55,423 nucleotides of DNA, taken from Deltaproteobacteria bacterium (lineage in GTDB: Bacteria > Bdellovibrionota_C > UBA2361 > JANWWW01). How positions within the stretch are numbered: the first letter of the stretch is position 1; each line of letters starts with the position of its first letter. The position numbers and the translations under genes are program-made. This document shows, in pieces, positions 30,270 to 41,388 of the stretch. Under the pieces are notes generated by a model, which saw only the letters and a program-made list of their open reading frames with translations, was not told the DNA's origin and did not search any database. The stretch spans positions 1 through 55,423 of the forward strand of contig JANWWW010000003.1 of the NCBI GenBank assembly GCA_025055295.1, written 5' to 3'.

Positions 30270-30976
30270 AAATAAGAACGAAGCTAACGGTAATAAATGG
30301 CTTGGGTGTCTTAGAGAAAAAACCTAACGAACGTCATTATTACTACCAGCTGGATCAGAATTAACGGTTTAACTTGAGCAGGCCTAAAAGGCTCACGAAA
30401 AAAGCTGTTCAAGTTTGTCGGAAAAATTCAGTTTTAAAAGAAAATGCAAAAAAGATTGGTACTTTTTCAAAGGAGTTACTTCTAAGTTTTGAGTTAATTT
30501 TTTTATAAAGTTAAGTTTTTCAACACCTCCTCAGAGTCATCCCTTGGGTTTCGGCATGTTTTCTTATATCTAATCATTTTCATCTTGGCTTTTTTCACTG
30601 AGGAGGCAGTGTCTCAAATCGATTTTGAAAAGAGCTTAATGATTTGCTTTATTATCACGCTACATCGTAATTTAGCATTTAAACCTAGCTTCTTTTTTTG
30701 GTCGTATTCAACTTAGCTACAAAGGGTTTAAAAAAGTTCAAGCTGTCGAAACTTTTTTAGCTATTTTGAGACAACTAAATACAGGAATTTTAGTCACTAT
30801 TTATATTTAGTGTTTTGATTTTAGAAAAAATTTAATTTTTCATTTAACGACTTTTTGAGTAGGGGCCCAAGCCATCACCCGCTGAAACGTTGAGACTGCC
30901 TTTTAAGTCATTTCTATTACCTAAATCATAATAAAAATTGAAACCCAAGCTAGTCACCAAAAATCAAAATTGGCAT

Positions 30977-32995
30977 ATGAGCAGGTTAAGTTTTAAGTGG
31001 AAACTTGTCGTTTGCCTTGTCCTCCTAGTTGCAGTTTTCGTCGGGGTCAATTTATATTTTATTTACTCCCTCGGACAAAATTCCAAACATTTGCTGATAA
31101 CATCTTTTGAGGGCCAAGTAAAAGCTTTAAATTCACTGCTTGAGAACAAGCTTAATTTTGTAATCGAAAAAGCGGAGGTCCTTCGAACAAAGATCACAGA
31201 AGATAACAAGCTAGTTTTGGAGAAAGTTGCTAAAGACTTACAGGCATTACATTCCATGCTTTCCGAAAGTGAATTGATTAGCGGAATGGCGCTTGTTGAT
31301 CCTGAGGGTTACATCCGATACGTAGCGGGTACTAAAAAATATTTGGAATTACAATCTAGATTACCTGAATTGCCCGTTGTAAAAGTTAAAGACAATATTT
31401 ACATAACTGACCCTTCGATAATTGACCTACCCTCGGAAGTTCTTCCTAAGGAAAGACATTTTACTATTTCTTTTACCACGTCTGATAACTGGAAAACGAT
31501 GTTTTTCGTATCTCACTCACTCATCACTGATTTCATGGAAAAGTCTATCTTTGAACTCAGCCGAAACCTGAATTTTGATCTTGTCGAATTTGTGATGGTA
31601 AATCAAAACGGTGATGTAATACTCGAGGCCTCTCCTCTAGCGAAAGCTCTAAATCTTACAGAAAAGCATGGCTATAAAAACATATCAAAGTCTGATACCT
31701 TGGCAAATATATCTTCACTGAATTGGGTACAAAAGGTTCTTAAAGAGCAGAAAGGTTTTAACGAGGAACTTCACCTGAGGTCTGGATTAAAAACATTTAA
31801 CTTTTTTGAGCCAGTAGAAATTTTAGAGCAGAAAATTCCATGGGGTGTAGCGCTTCGAATTCAAAATGAATACTTTGACAAACCCATTAGGCAGGCGATA
31901 ATGAATTCAACTTTAGTGTTTCTGTTAATCTCATTCTTGGTTTTATGTGTCGGTTTTTACCTCGCTTTGAGGTTTTCAAAAAGTATAGGTACGTATGTAC
32001 AAGAATTGCGGGACGGCTTGAATTCGGTGGACAATTCTGCCAATCACATAGCACAAGCTTCTCAAACTTTGGCGGAAGCAAGCTCAAAAAGCGCTTCAAA
32101 TTTGGAGGTGACAGCAGCGTCAATTGAACAAATTTCCTCAATGGCTAACTCTACCGCGGAAAACGCTAACCAGTGCTCCCAGTTAGCGAAACAAGTGCTC
32201 GCGTTGGCAGAACAGGGAGAACAAAACATGGTCGAAATGATGCGGGTTATGAAAGAAATCCGAGCCGCTGCTGACGAAACAAGCCAGATAATTAAAATTA
32301 TTGACGATATCGCGTTTCAAACCAATCTTTTGGCTCTTAATGCCGCAGTTGAAGCGGCTAGAGCCGGAGAAGCGGGAAAGGGCTTTGCGGTGGTCGCGGA
32401 TGAGGTTCGCAACCTAAGTCAAAGATCCGCTCAGGCAGCGGGTGAAACATCTAAACGGCTTGCTCAATCAAGGGAGCTCACTGAGTTAGGCGTCAGAACT
32501 GCTACAAAACTTAACGAAGCCTTCAAACAAACCATTGCAAGTTTGAATAAAAGCACAGTTCTTGTGGATGAAATTTCAGCTGCAAGCAAAGAACAGAGCG
32601 TAGGAATAAGTCAGGTTACTCAATCTATTTCGGATCTCGATCGAGCTACACAAGCGAATTCATCCGCTAGCGAGCAGTTGGCGGCAGCAGCATCCGAACT
32701 TAAATCAAGTGTCCAACAAGCTGTTTCAAGACTCAGTGATTTAGCCACGATTTTTGGATTAACCAAGGGTACAGAAAACCATGCTTTTTCGGATTTCTCA
32801 AGGAACGATAAGCAAAAACCCGAAGTCTCACCAGAAACACGCAAAAGTCAAAGCGGAAGAGCCACAAAAATCATAAACTTAGAGCATCACGATAAAAACG
32901 ACGATGATGATTTTTTCCTGCCCCAAGCAAGAAAAAACAGAGACGATGGCGCCAAAATACAACGACTGGACCCTACTGATCTTTTAAAGATGTAA
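30977..32995 (+). CDS. methyl-accepting chemotaxis protein
   Basis: Two TM helices flanking a large periplasmic domain; [36 protein letters not shown]; ATG 30977 preferred. Confidence 0.95.
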   Translation: MSRLSFKWKLVVCLVLLVAVFVGVNLYFIYSLGQNSKHLLITSFEGQVKALNSLLENKLNFVIEKAEVLRTKITEDNKLVLEKVAKDLQALHSMLSESELISGMALVDPEGYIRYVAGTKKYLELQSRLPELPVVKVKDNIYITDPSIIDLPSEVLPKERHFTISFTTSDNWKTMFFVSHSLITDFMEKSIFELSRNLNFDLVEFVMVNQNGDVILEASPLAKALNLTEKHGYKNISKSDTLANISSLNWVQKVLKEQKGFNEELHLRSGLKTFNFFEPVEILEQKIPWGVALRIQNEYFDKPIRQAIMNSTLVFLLISFLVLCVGFYLALRFSKSIGTYVQELRDGLNSVDNSANHIAQASQTLAEASSKSASNLEVTAASIEQISSMANSTAENANQCSQLAKQVLALAEQGEQNMVEMMRVMKEIRAAADETSQIIKIIDDIAFQTNLLALNAAVEAARAGEAGKGFAVVADEVRNLSQRSAQAAGETSKRLAQSRELTELGVRTATKLNEAFKQTIASLNKSTVLVDEISAASKEQSVGISQVTQSISDLDRATQANSSASEQLAAAASELKSSVQQAVSRLSDLATIFGLTKGTENHAFSDFSRNDKQKPEVSPETRKSQSGRATKIINLEHHDKNDDDDFFLPQARKNRDDGAKIQRLDPTDLLKM

Positions 32996-33711
32996 TAGTT
33001 CAGCGAACTGATCATTGAAAAACTGACTCAGTGGACAAATAACATAACTAAAATATGGTCTAAAACGATGTAAAAAAGATGCTTGCGAGAAGTTAAACTT
33101 TAAAGGTAAAAGTCATAACATAACCAATTTTTGGTGCCAGGGAAATTGCAAAAACCTTGTTACTACCAGCCCAATCTAATTAATAAAATGAGACTAGGAG
33201 ATATATTTTTTACCACCGGTGCAAAAATCAGCAACATATTTAAGATCAGTTTTGGAAGTTATATTTTATTAAGCTTTTAAACCAAGCCTTACCAGAGTTA
33301 CATTTAAAAGACTTCTCCACTTTTGGTGACTCGAGGTTGAAAATAGTTTACCTTTTACCTCTATTAGCTATTTTTTTGAATTTCTGACTCGAGCCGTGCC
33401 TTGTAGTCACACCCTTGCCTAGGCAGAAGAGTGTATTAACTCATTTTTATAATTTTTTTGGCCGTGTTTTGTTTCGGACTGTCTGTCGTCAATAGCCCAT
33501 AATCCAACTTGCGAATCCTTTGTGATTTTGCCTTGAAAAACTTTATACAAATGATCCTCCCAATATAACTTTGTTAAAGAAAGCAAGACCGATATTATAG
33601 GCAGCTTTAACTTTTAAAAACTATAAAAACAGCCCCTGTTATACCTGACACTCAACCGGGCCACTTGGTATTGTTTAGAGGAAATTTTTTACGTATCTAT
33701 TCAGTTTTTCA

Positions 33712-35286
33712 TTAGACTTTTCCCTCATAGACGGTGATAGATTGAAAAGGAATTTCAAGTTTGTTTTCTATTGTGAACAACACAAACCCTTTAATTAATC
33801 CACGTCGTATAAGACCGTAAAAAGGGGCGTGACTCGCGTTGCAGGCTGCGGAAACCCCGAAATCTAACGAACTGGCGGAAAGATCAAAAAACACAGCGTT
33901 AATCACTATATCAGCGGCATCTACGTCGTTAAGGGCGAGTTCCTCTTTTAGAGCTTTTTCGCATGCCTGTTTAAGTCTGTCAGCCAAGGAAAAAATACTT
34001 TCAATGTGTTTGTACGCTATTCCAAGTCTTAGGAAAATTACGAATTTTTCTTCAATTTTTCTTATTCGAGTTTTTATAAAGTCTCTGGTAGGTACAACTA
34101 AAACCGTTTTGTCTGGCCTTTCGACTTTCACAAACTGAATGTTTTGGTGAATAACCTTTGAAGGAAGCGTGTCGTTTTCAAAAAATATGTAATCGTCAAC
34201 GCGCGTGTTAAAGGGTCTAAAGTTCTGGGAGCCGCAATACGACCTTTTATCAACCAAATCTGTAAGAGGCACTCTTACACAGCTTGTTTCCAGGTCTGGA
34301 TTTTCCAACAAACATACAAAACCTAATGATTTGATGCGATAAGGCAAATCGTTGTAGGTTATCACCTCCCCTTCCCTAACAAAGCCAAGATTTAACAAAA
34401 TAGCGGTTTGAGTAAAGAAATCGGAGATCAACCTTTTTGAAAGAATTATCCCAGCGATTAAAACCAGAGACGCAAGCCCAAAAAGCAGCCATTCCTCACG
34501 GTAATATAACACATAGAGGAAAATACAGAGGGTGCCAACAAAGTTCACCGAAACGAGCAAAATTAAGGTAATTCGTTTTAGGAGAGAGTGATTTTCCGGC
34601 TTTTGCAAAAATTTTTCTTCAAGAAAGTTTTTAAACTGTTTTAGAACAAAGTAAAAAACAAAAGAGTAAAAAAGGGCTTCAACAAATGAAAGAAAAGAAC
34701 CTCTTAGTCGCGCAAAAACCCCGCCCAAATTGCTTTTTACGGTTTTCAGATTTATTAGCTTCGCCTCAGACATGGCTTTTTGGGCCGAAACAAGCGTGAA
34801 CATGTCGTCTATAATTTCACCTGTCAAGGTTAAAAGGCTTTTTAACGCAGGATCGTTTTCCGCTGCAATAGCCGACGAAACCTTCAGTTTGGCGGACTGC
34901 AAACGTTCAACATAAGTTTGCAAGATATGCAATCTGTTTTCTTCGAGTACTATATCTCTTGGTCGTACGGCAATTTTGCCTAACTCGGCTATAAACGGAT
35001 AAAAAATTTCTCTGATCGATATTTGCGTTTCGAATTCAGGAATATTCCCCTTTGAGATACTTTTGATCTCGTCTAAATCAAGGCCTGTTATCAAAACGAA
35101 ACTCAGTTTTTCAATTTCTTCTTTCTTTTTGCCAACATCAATGTCTTTCTCTTTATCTTTCAAAGCTTCATTTGAGAGTTCTCGATATTTCAACGACAAG
35201 TTTCTGAGTTCTTCAACAGGCAGTTCCTGACAAAAAACCCGTGACAGTAGAATGAAAACAAGCAATAAAGTTTGAAGCTTGTTCAT
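33712..35286 (-). CDS. MscS-like mechanosensitive channel protein
   Basis: Signal peptide, periplasmic helical region, three TM segments, LNLGFVREGE, SASSLDF, IPFQSITV; ATG 35286 overlaps the upstream stop (ATGA). Confidence 0.7.
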   Translation of the reverse strand: MNKLQTLLLVFILLSRVFCQELPVEELRNLSLKYRELSNEALKDKEKDIDVGKKKEEIEKLSFVLITGLDLDEIKSISKGNIPEFETQISIREIFYPFIAELGKIAVRPRDIVLEENRLHILQTYVERLQSAKLKVSSAIAAENDPALKSLLTLTGEIIDDMFTLVSAQKAMSEAKLINLKTVKSNLGGVFARLRGSFLSFVEALFYSFVFYFVLKQFKNFLEEKFLQKPENHSLLKRITLILLVSVNFVGTLCIFLYVLYYREEWLLFGLASLVLIAGIILSKRLISDFFTQTAILLNLGFVREGEVITYNDLPYRIKSLGFVCLLENPDLETSCVRVPLTDLVDKRSYCGSQNFRPFNTRVDDYIFFENDTLPSKVIHQNIQFVKVERPDKTVLVVPTRDFIKTRIRKIEEKFVIFLRLGIAYKHIESIFSLADRLKQACEKALKEELALNDVDAADIVINAVFFDLSASSLDFGVSAACNASHAPFYGLIRRGLIKGFVLFTIENKLEIPFQSITVYEGKV

Positions 35287-35756
35287 ACAGTATCGATGTC
35301 TAATTCGTCCGACAGAACACCCAAGAACCACTCTTTCTGAGCTAGCACCAATTTGTAAATATATTCAAGTTCATCAATCGTTGCTGAGTAAGCTGGAACC
35401 GTCGAAGACAATACAAGATAACGCCCAACAATGCTTATCTTGGCTCCAACTAATCCATCAGCTAACTCCAGCGCTGTGACTACAAACTCTGTTAATTTTT
35501 TTAGCGGCACAGCGCAAATGTTAACTCCTATATAAATCGTTGCGTCTTGGGGATTTTTAACTGAGTCAAGGATAATCTCGACATCTTCCGTTTCAGATAA
35601 TGGCACCATCCATCTTGTTCTTTGTTCGTTTGACTCGACTTCAAGTGAGGCGGGGTCAAAACCCAATTTTAGAATGAATTCGCTGAGCATGATTACAGGG
35701 TCTTTGCCGCCCGGAATGGTTTTAATCTGATTTAACCTAAACTTTTTTTCTACCAC
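35283..35756 (-). CDS. YbjN/CesT (T3SS-chaperone-like) fold protein
   Basis: 157 aa, acidic; W...I.L...IYIGVNI..VP...ALEL...LVGAKISI...L.L pattern resembles YbjN/CesT. Confidence 0.55.
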   Translation of the reverse strand: MVEKKFRLNQIKTIPGGKDPVIMLSEFILKLGFDPASLEVESNEQRTRWMVPLSETEDVEIILDSVKNPQDATIYIGVNICAVPLKKLTEFVVTALELADGLVGAKISIVGRYLVLSSTVPAYSATIDELEYIYKLVLAQKEWFLGVLSDELDIDTV

Positions 35757-35857
35757 AGATTTAGTTTAGTAAAAAAAAATGTCAACTATAAATAGAGACA
35801 CGGCAAGTTCGTAATTTGCGCCTGCAAAAAAATTTTGTAAACTTATAAATACATAAA

Positions 35858-35931
35858 GGCGATGTAGCTCAGCTGGTTAGAGCGCAGAACTCATAATTCT
35901 GAGGTCGGTGGTTCGAGACCACCCATCGCCA
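35858..35931 (+). tRNA. tRNA-Met (CAT), elongator type; CCA not encoded
   Basis: Acceptor GGCGATG/CATCGCC-A, D arm GCTC...GAGC, anticodon stem CAGAA/TTCTG with loop CTCATAA, T loop GTTCGAG. The 1:72 pair is formed and there is no GGG/CCC stem, so it is not the initiator; Ile2 is not fully excluded. Confidence 0.93.
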
Positions 35932-36340
35932 CAGGTTTAGTAATTAATTTCTTTGTAAACACTTTTTTGTGCAAACACCGCTCCTCTGCACTTATAACAA
36001 GCAAAAAGTTTAACCTAGACCCAAATTATTCAGATTGTGAGATTTGCTAGGCCCAAAAAAGAGTTTGGTTCGAAATACTGAGTCGCAGATTTTAAGTCAA
36101 GTTGGTTTACTTTCTTGCATAGTCAGAAGACTTCACTTGAACATCTTGACAATTCCGCAAACATAGGATAGTTTTTGATTAAAAACTATGATCAAAAAAT
36201 CTTGCAGGATAAAAATTTTGCAAGTCTGTCAGGCATGGCTCGAAAGTCAGCCCGTTTTACATAATCCACCTGGCTTTTAGTGTAACGTTCATGTAGTCAT
36301 ATAGTTGCCAAAAATCAACAGCATAGGGGTAAGGCTTTCT

Positions 36341-37957
36341 ATGAGCTTTCAGCAGTTAAATACCGTCGAGCCGACAATTGGTAGGGTAATTTTGAGCCAT
36401 CATGGCTCGGTTCCGCCCTTAGCTTTCGAGATCCTCCCAAACAAGCAACCTCAAGCGGGGAAAGGCCTACTAAACGCCAGGCGAAAGACACTAAGTGGAG
36501 ATCCTATACCAAACGGAAAGTACTCAAATGTAAATTATTTTAGAGGTTGGGCATTGCTTAAGTCTCAACTACGCCGAAAAGCGCGCATTTTTGTCCCCAA
36601 GTTTCTTTTGCCAAATATCGGTTCTCAAATTCTAACCTATCCTGAATTTGTGGAAAAAAGTTTAGGCATACGCTTCGAGTACGTACCTCCTAGTGACTGG
36701 AATAAAAAAATTAGCAATTATTTCAGGAAACCTGTTTCTAGTGCGTTAGTGAGACTTAATTCAAGTAGAAAGCCTTACGGACCTTGTGAGCAGTGGCTGC
36801 CGGAGAACGCTAGAGACACCTACAGGCAGCTACATAGCAAAGAAGGGTTTACGCGGTTTATGATCGAGAACGGGTTTGCCGACTTGATACCTGAGACACG
36901 GATAGTCGAGCTCAGAGAAGCTAGAAAAGCTCTAAAGGAGATGTTAAAAAATGGCCCTGTAGTAGTTCAAAGATCAATATCTAGTGGCGGAGTAGGAACC
37001 TTTGTCGTAAAAAAAGACAACGGAAATCTAGTAGTGTTTCCCAGAACAGTCATTCGAAACAAAAAGGGCTGGAATGAGTCTGTAAAATCAGTTGGAAAGG
37101 CTCTACAAACGCTACTCGGAAGTAGGTCAGGCAAATTAATTTTAAGGCCGTTCATAGGCACCTTCGAAGATATTCCCCTTGTCGATTGCAGTTTCTCCTT
37201 CAGTTTTTGGCTCACCAGACGCAGGAACGGCGACATACAGGTCCACTTGATTCCCAGTCGAACACAGATTTGTAAAAGTTCACTATTTTCGTACCGAGGC
37301 TTTATAGCCAACGATACCTATCTACAAGAACTTTTATCCAAGCCTTTGTTCTTAGATTTTTTAGTTAGTTTGGCTCGTAGATTGATCGATATACCTTTTC
37401 CGTTCATATATTCAATTGACGGCGTGGTTGACAAGGAGGGGAACTTGTATCTTCTAGAGTTAAATCTGCGAGACTCTGCTACGTCGGCGCCTGTGGTGCT
37501 CCTTAATCGAATATTGAAGGAACTGCCAGAAGACATTGCTCCCCTAATAGACCCATATTGTCCCGGTAGAATCTTCTCGTTGGCACAATATGATTTTTAC
37601 TACATTAGCTTAGGAAGCAAAGACTGTAACGCTCCTGATTTCTTGTCAGATTGTAACGATCGCTTACTAAAAAATGTGTCAAAGAAATTGAAAGAATTTA
37701 CAGGCGAAGATTTCATTGTCCGTATGTTAAGCATCTCACAACTTAAAAGCGACCTGTCAGGGTTTAACTCAGAGACTACGCGTAATCATGTATATGTTTT
37801 TCCAATGACGCCTTATTTTTTTCATCAAAAGACGTCTATAGATCGACAGACTGGTGAAGAAAAAATTTTTAAGCGAGCTTACTTAAATTTAATGTTTCTC
37901 TTTCCGAAAGGTCATGAAGAAACCATGCGCAGTTTTTTTGAGTCAATAAAAAGTTAG
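36341..37957 (+). CDS. divergent ATP-grasp fold protein
   Basis: LHSKEGF...IPET, PVVVQ...SSGGVGTFVV, ILRPFI, YSIDGVVDKEGNLYLLELNLR (D...ExNxR metal/ATP motif). Confidence 0.65.
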   Translation: MSFQQLNTVEPTIGRVILSHHGSVPPLAFEILPNKQPQAGKGLLNARRKTLSGDPIPNGKYSNVNYFRGWALLKSQLRRKARIFVPKFLLPNIGSQILTYPEFVEKSLGIRFEYVPPSDWNKKISNYFRKPVSSALVRLNSSRKPYGPCEQWLPENARDTYRQLHSKEGFTRFMIENGFADLIPETRIVELREARKALKEMLKNGPVVVQRSISSGGVGTFVVKKDNGNLVVFPRTVIRNKKGWNESVKSVGKALQTLLGSRSGKLILRPFIGTFEDIPLVDCSFSFSFWLTRRRNGDIQVHLIPSRTQICKSSLFSYRGFIANDTYLQELLSKPLFLDFLVSLARRLIDIPFPFIYSIDGVVDKEGNLYLLELNLRDSATSAPVVLLNRILKELPEDIAPLIDPYCPGRIFSLAQYDFYYISLGSKDCNAPDFLSDCNDRLLKNVSKKLKEFTGEDFIVRMLSISQLKSDLSGFNSETTRNHVYVFPMTPYFFHQKTSIDRQTGEEKIFKRAYLNLMFLFPKGHEETMRSFFESIKS

Positions 37958-38592
37958 TTATTTAACTGTAACTTGAAGAAAAATTTTGACTTAAAGTTGT
38001 TTTACGGTTAGTTTGGAAATCTTTCGACACAAGTTCGACACATAAAACCACAGTTGTTCCAAAATTCCTAAGAAGTTTCTAATTTGGTCATTCAAATCTC
38101 CAGTAATCAACCCGACCAGACAGAAGAGAAAGAAAAATAACAGCTAGGATGATTTATATTTTAATTTAATCGCACTTAATACTTGCAAACGTATTTTTCA
38201 GTATGTTCAATTTGATGATTTAATTTTGATTACTTTGAATAACTTGTTTCAAGATCTATGATTGGCCAGAAATGCTGAATTGGCTTTTTTGTAAACTACC
38301 CGCTTCATTTGTCAATCGATCATAAAATTTATTATTGTTTGAGATTGTTTTTGCGAAGTTCGATTAAGGAACAAATGTATCGTCATGTATATACATCATC
38401 TTAGCTCGTTAGATCAAATGATGCGAAGGCTACGAATTTGAAATAAAAAACATCTTCGCTGTTTTGCAGACTTACCCACTAAAAACAAAGATCCTAAAGA
38501 TTTACGCGCGCTTCAAAAAAGTTTATTCCTCTCAAAGCGCCTCGATCTTGTAACAGAAAAGCTGAAAAAAAGTTCAAATTTGTTGATGCAAG

Positions 38593-39297
38593 TTAACCTA
38601 AGTAAGCTTCTTTCAAAATATCAGAGTCTAAAATGCCCGCGTTACCTTCAAGCGCTATCTCCCCATTTCTTAAAAGATAGATTTTATCCGCAAATTGAGC
38701 TGCTTTTTTTACATTATGCTCAACAAGCAGAACGGATCTTTCACCGGAACAATTCTGGATGTAAGAAAAAATTCGCCTCTGCACGGCGGGCGAAACACCT
38801 AGAGTAGGTTCGTCAAGAATAAGCATACGTGGTTCTACCATGAGACCACGGGCTAAAGCCACCAATTGCTGCTGACCACCACTAAGAAAAGATGCTCGCT
38901 TATTAAGCAGGGCTTTGAGCTCCGGGAATATTTCTACGACTTTTTCAAAATTTTTCAGCCGGTCCTGTTTGTTGAGAATAAATCCGCCCGATAAAATGTT
39001 TTCTTTAACCGTTAAAGTATGAAAGATGACTCTTCCTTGAGGAACATAACTTATACCAAGTCTTACGAGTTCGTGCGTTCGCTTGTTACAAATGCTTTCG
39101 CCATTAAAGATAATTTCGCCACCCGTGATTTTAGCTAACCCAAAAATACATTTTAAAACCGTGCTTTTGCCCGCTCCGTTGGGACCGATAAAAAGATTAA
39201 CGGTGTTATGAAAAATTTTGAATGAAATGCCTTTTATAACTGGGAATTTACCGTACCCAGCGACAACATTTCTAAACTCAAGGATCACTTGGGTCAT
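38593..39297 (-). CDS. livF: branched-chain amino acid ABC transporter ATPase
   Basis: AGYG, GPNGAGKST, YVPQGR.IF, LSGGQQQ, LDEPTLG, VEHN, EAYLG. Confidence 0.92.
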   Translation of the reverse strand: MTQVILEFRNVVAGYGKFPVIKGISFKIFHNTVNLFIGPNGAGKSTVLKCIFGLAKITGGEIIFNGESICNKRTHELVRLGISYVPQGRVIFHTLTVKENILSGGFILNKQDRLKNFEKVVEIFPELKALLNKRASFLSGGQQQLVALARGLMVEPRMLILDEPTLGVSPAVQRRIFSYIQNCSGERSVLLVEHNVKKAAQFADKIYLLRNGEIALEGNAGILDSDILKEAYLG

Positions 39298-39329
39298 GAA
39301 AAATTAAGGCAACAACGCAAATATCCTCG

Positions 39330-39878
39330 TTATTTGTTCTTGGTTTGAGTTTGTTTTTGGCCGTGTTCTGGCTTCATTTTTAGAAGCTCTCCAAACAAAG
39401 GATACCTGACTTTTTCCCGCGCGTCGTCATAGACCACTTGAACCGCCCTTCTGTTCCTCATATTGACAAAAATTGGCGCAAGCAAGTTAACTGTGCTTTG
39501 GTCGATAGGTTCTCTTAATGTTACTATTAAAATAACCGCGTATTCATCTTCGGGCTGAAGATCAGTGTCAGGATCTCCATAAGGAGCTTGCAATTCAAAT
39601 TTTCGCGCTAGCTCGAGTCCATCTATAACCACAAATGCCAGCGAGGGATCGTCAACGCTTTGCAACCAATGAAAAGGCTGCGAGTATTCAAAAAGAACAA
39701 ATAACTGGGGTCTTCCGTAACCTACTAAACCCGACGGAACTTGGATTACTTTCGCAGCGTCTATCTCAAGATCTCCAAATCGCGTAGAACGTATCAAAAG
39801 TAAAGCTCCACTTTTAGAGATTTCTGTCTCTTTCCCAGTTCTCGATGATTCGTTTGGATCACTCAATTTTTTTGCCAT
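39330..39878 (-). CDS. fliW: flagellar assembly factor FliW (CsrA antagonist)
   Basis: STRFGDLEI, GLVG, FHWLQSVDDPSLAF, TVNLLAPIFVN...AVQVV. Confidence 0.92.
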   Translation of the reverse strand: MAKKLSDPNESSRTGKETEISKSGALLLIRSTRFGDLEIDAAKVIQVPSGLVGYGRPQLFVLFEYSQPFHWLQSVDDPSLAFVVIDGLELARKFELQAPYGDPDTDLQPEDEYAVILIVTLREPIDQSTVNLLAPIFVNMRNRRAVQVVYDDAREKVRYPLFGELLKMKPEHGQKQTQTKNK

Positions 39879-39949
39879 TTTATCCAAATATAAGCAAGTG
39901 AAAATCTTTTACACAAACCTTTCGCAAAAAAGGCCTCAATGCAAACAGA

Positions 39950-40399
39950 CTAATCATTTTTTTGTTGAGAAAGTTCCTTTCTAGGCTTTTTCTTTCGTAA
40001 CTTCGTGGCATTTTCTGGAACGTCCTCCGAGTGGCACGATTGTTCCGGTTCAAGACGAGAATGAGTATCATTTATGTTCTCACTGGCCCCAGAGCGAATT
40101 TCAGCGTCTCTTTGCCTCTCCATTAGAGTTTTGCCAATTAATCTAGACGCCAACCTTTCAAGGGTGGAAGATTTATACTGAACCAAGATCTGTGTGGGCT
40201 GCTCAGTGTTTCCAAGAGCCGAGGAACTCGCTTGCTTTAACTGATTGATTAGCTCTTCCCTATAAATGTTGTACTCATGCGGAGCACTGATTCCTATTCG
40301 CACCCCATTTTGATACAACGCGACAACTGTGACCTTTATCTCGCCTCCGGGCGTATCTATGAACACAGTTTCTCCGACTTTACGGAAGAGAATCAGCAT
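39950..40399 (-). CDS. csrA: carbon storage regulator CsrA with a long C-terminal extension
   Basis: MLILFRKVGE...IKVTVV...VRIGISAP...IYREEL; lies between flgL and fliW. Confidence 0.9.
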   Translation of the reverse strand: MLILFRKVGETVFIDTPGGEIKVTVVALYQNGVRIGISAPHEYNIYREELINQLKQASSSALGNTEQPTQILVQYKSSTLERLASRLIGKTLMERQRDAEIRSGASENINDTHSRLEPEQSCHSEDVPENATKLRKKKPRKELSQQKND

Positions 40400-40404
40400 T
40401 TAGG

Positions 40405-41388
40405 TTACAGGTAGTCTAACAGATTAAGATTGGAAACTCTAGCTATAACCAGATAAGTGGCTTGCAGATGCGTCTCAACGAGGGAAATTTTTGACGACAC
40501 TTCGGCAATGTCTGTGTCCCTGTGTTTAGCAAGAAACTCTTCTGCTGAGGATTTGTCCAAACGTAAAATTTCAGAAGCTATATTCAAACGGGTCATTCTC
40601 GATCCTACCAATGTTCGCTGATTTGCGATGTCTTCCGCTCTCGCCTCCTCAATCATGTCCAAGGCTTGACGAATGGCATTAGTTTGATTTTGATAATCCG
40701 CCGGGAAAGAATAAGCCGAACCTGTGCCGTTTGGTAGTCCAGTGGGAGGATTAGTCGAATAACCAGCCAAAGCTCTTCCCAGTCTTTCAAGAGACCCTAT
40801 GGCCCGCGCAAAGACGTCAAATCCTGAGCCTGCTATTTCCACGCTGAAATCAGGAGAAATTTGTACAGACCTTGTCTCGTTCGTGCCGGGCTCGGCGTCA
40901 AAAACGTATCTGACGCTCGCTGGACCAGATGCTGGAACAGTATACGCTTGTGCGTCGAATGGTGGATCATCATCATCTGTTCCTGCCCATATAAATCGAC
41001 CCTGATAGGTTGCGTTAGCCAGTTGAACCAAATGGTCTCTCAGCTGAAAAATTTCGTGAGACAACCTTTCTCGCGCTTCGGGGGAGTAGGTTTCATTGCT
41101 TGCTTGCGTGGCTATCTCTTTCGCCCGGATTAAAACGGAATTTGCCTGAGACAAATTTTCTTCTACGAATTCGAAATAACCTCTCAGATAATTAATCCGT
41201 TTGCTAAATAATTCTATATCCGCAAGTTTGTTTTCGTTGCTAACGATTAAGCTATACTTTTCGTCATCACCCGGATTCGATACTTTTACGCCGGACGATA
41301 GCTGGTTAGAAAGGTTTAGGTAAACTTTATTGTGGGCTGCCAGACCGGAAAGCAAAGTGTCAAGTCTTCCCCTGTCAGATACTCTCAT
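40405..41388 (-). CDS. flgL: flagellar hook-associated protein 3
   Basis: LSSG.KV..PGDD, RAKEIATQASNETYS, LAN..YQGRFIWAG, VGSRMTRL, LNLLDYL. Confidence 0.92.
   Translation of the reverse strand: MRVSDRGRLDTLLSGLAAHNKVYLNLSNQLSSGVKVSNPGDDEKYSLIVSNENKLADIELFSKRINYLRGYFEFVEENLSQANSVLIRAKEIATQASNETYSPEARERLSHEIFQLRDHLVQLANATYQGRFIWAGTDDDDPPFDAQAYTVPASGPASVRYVFDAEPGTNETRSVQISPDFSVEIAGSGFDVFARAIGSLERLGRALAGYSTNPPTGLPNGTGSAYSFPADYQNQTNAIRQALDMIEEARAEDIANQRTLVGSRMTRLNIASEILRLDKSSAEEFLAKHRDTDIAEVSSKISLVETHLQATYLVIARVSNLNLLDYL

Noticed and set aside
35858-38592. Possible genomic island integrated at tRNA-Met
   Set aside because: No integrase and no duplicated tRNA 3' end (att site) found in the window
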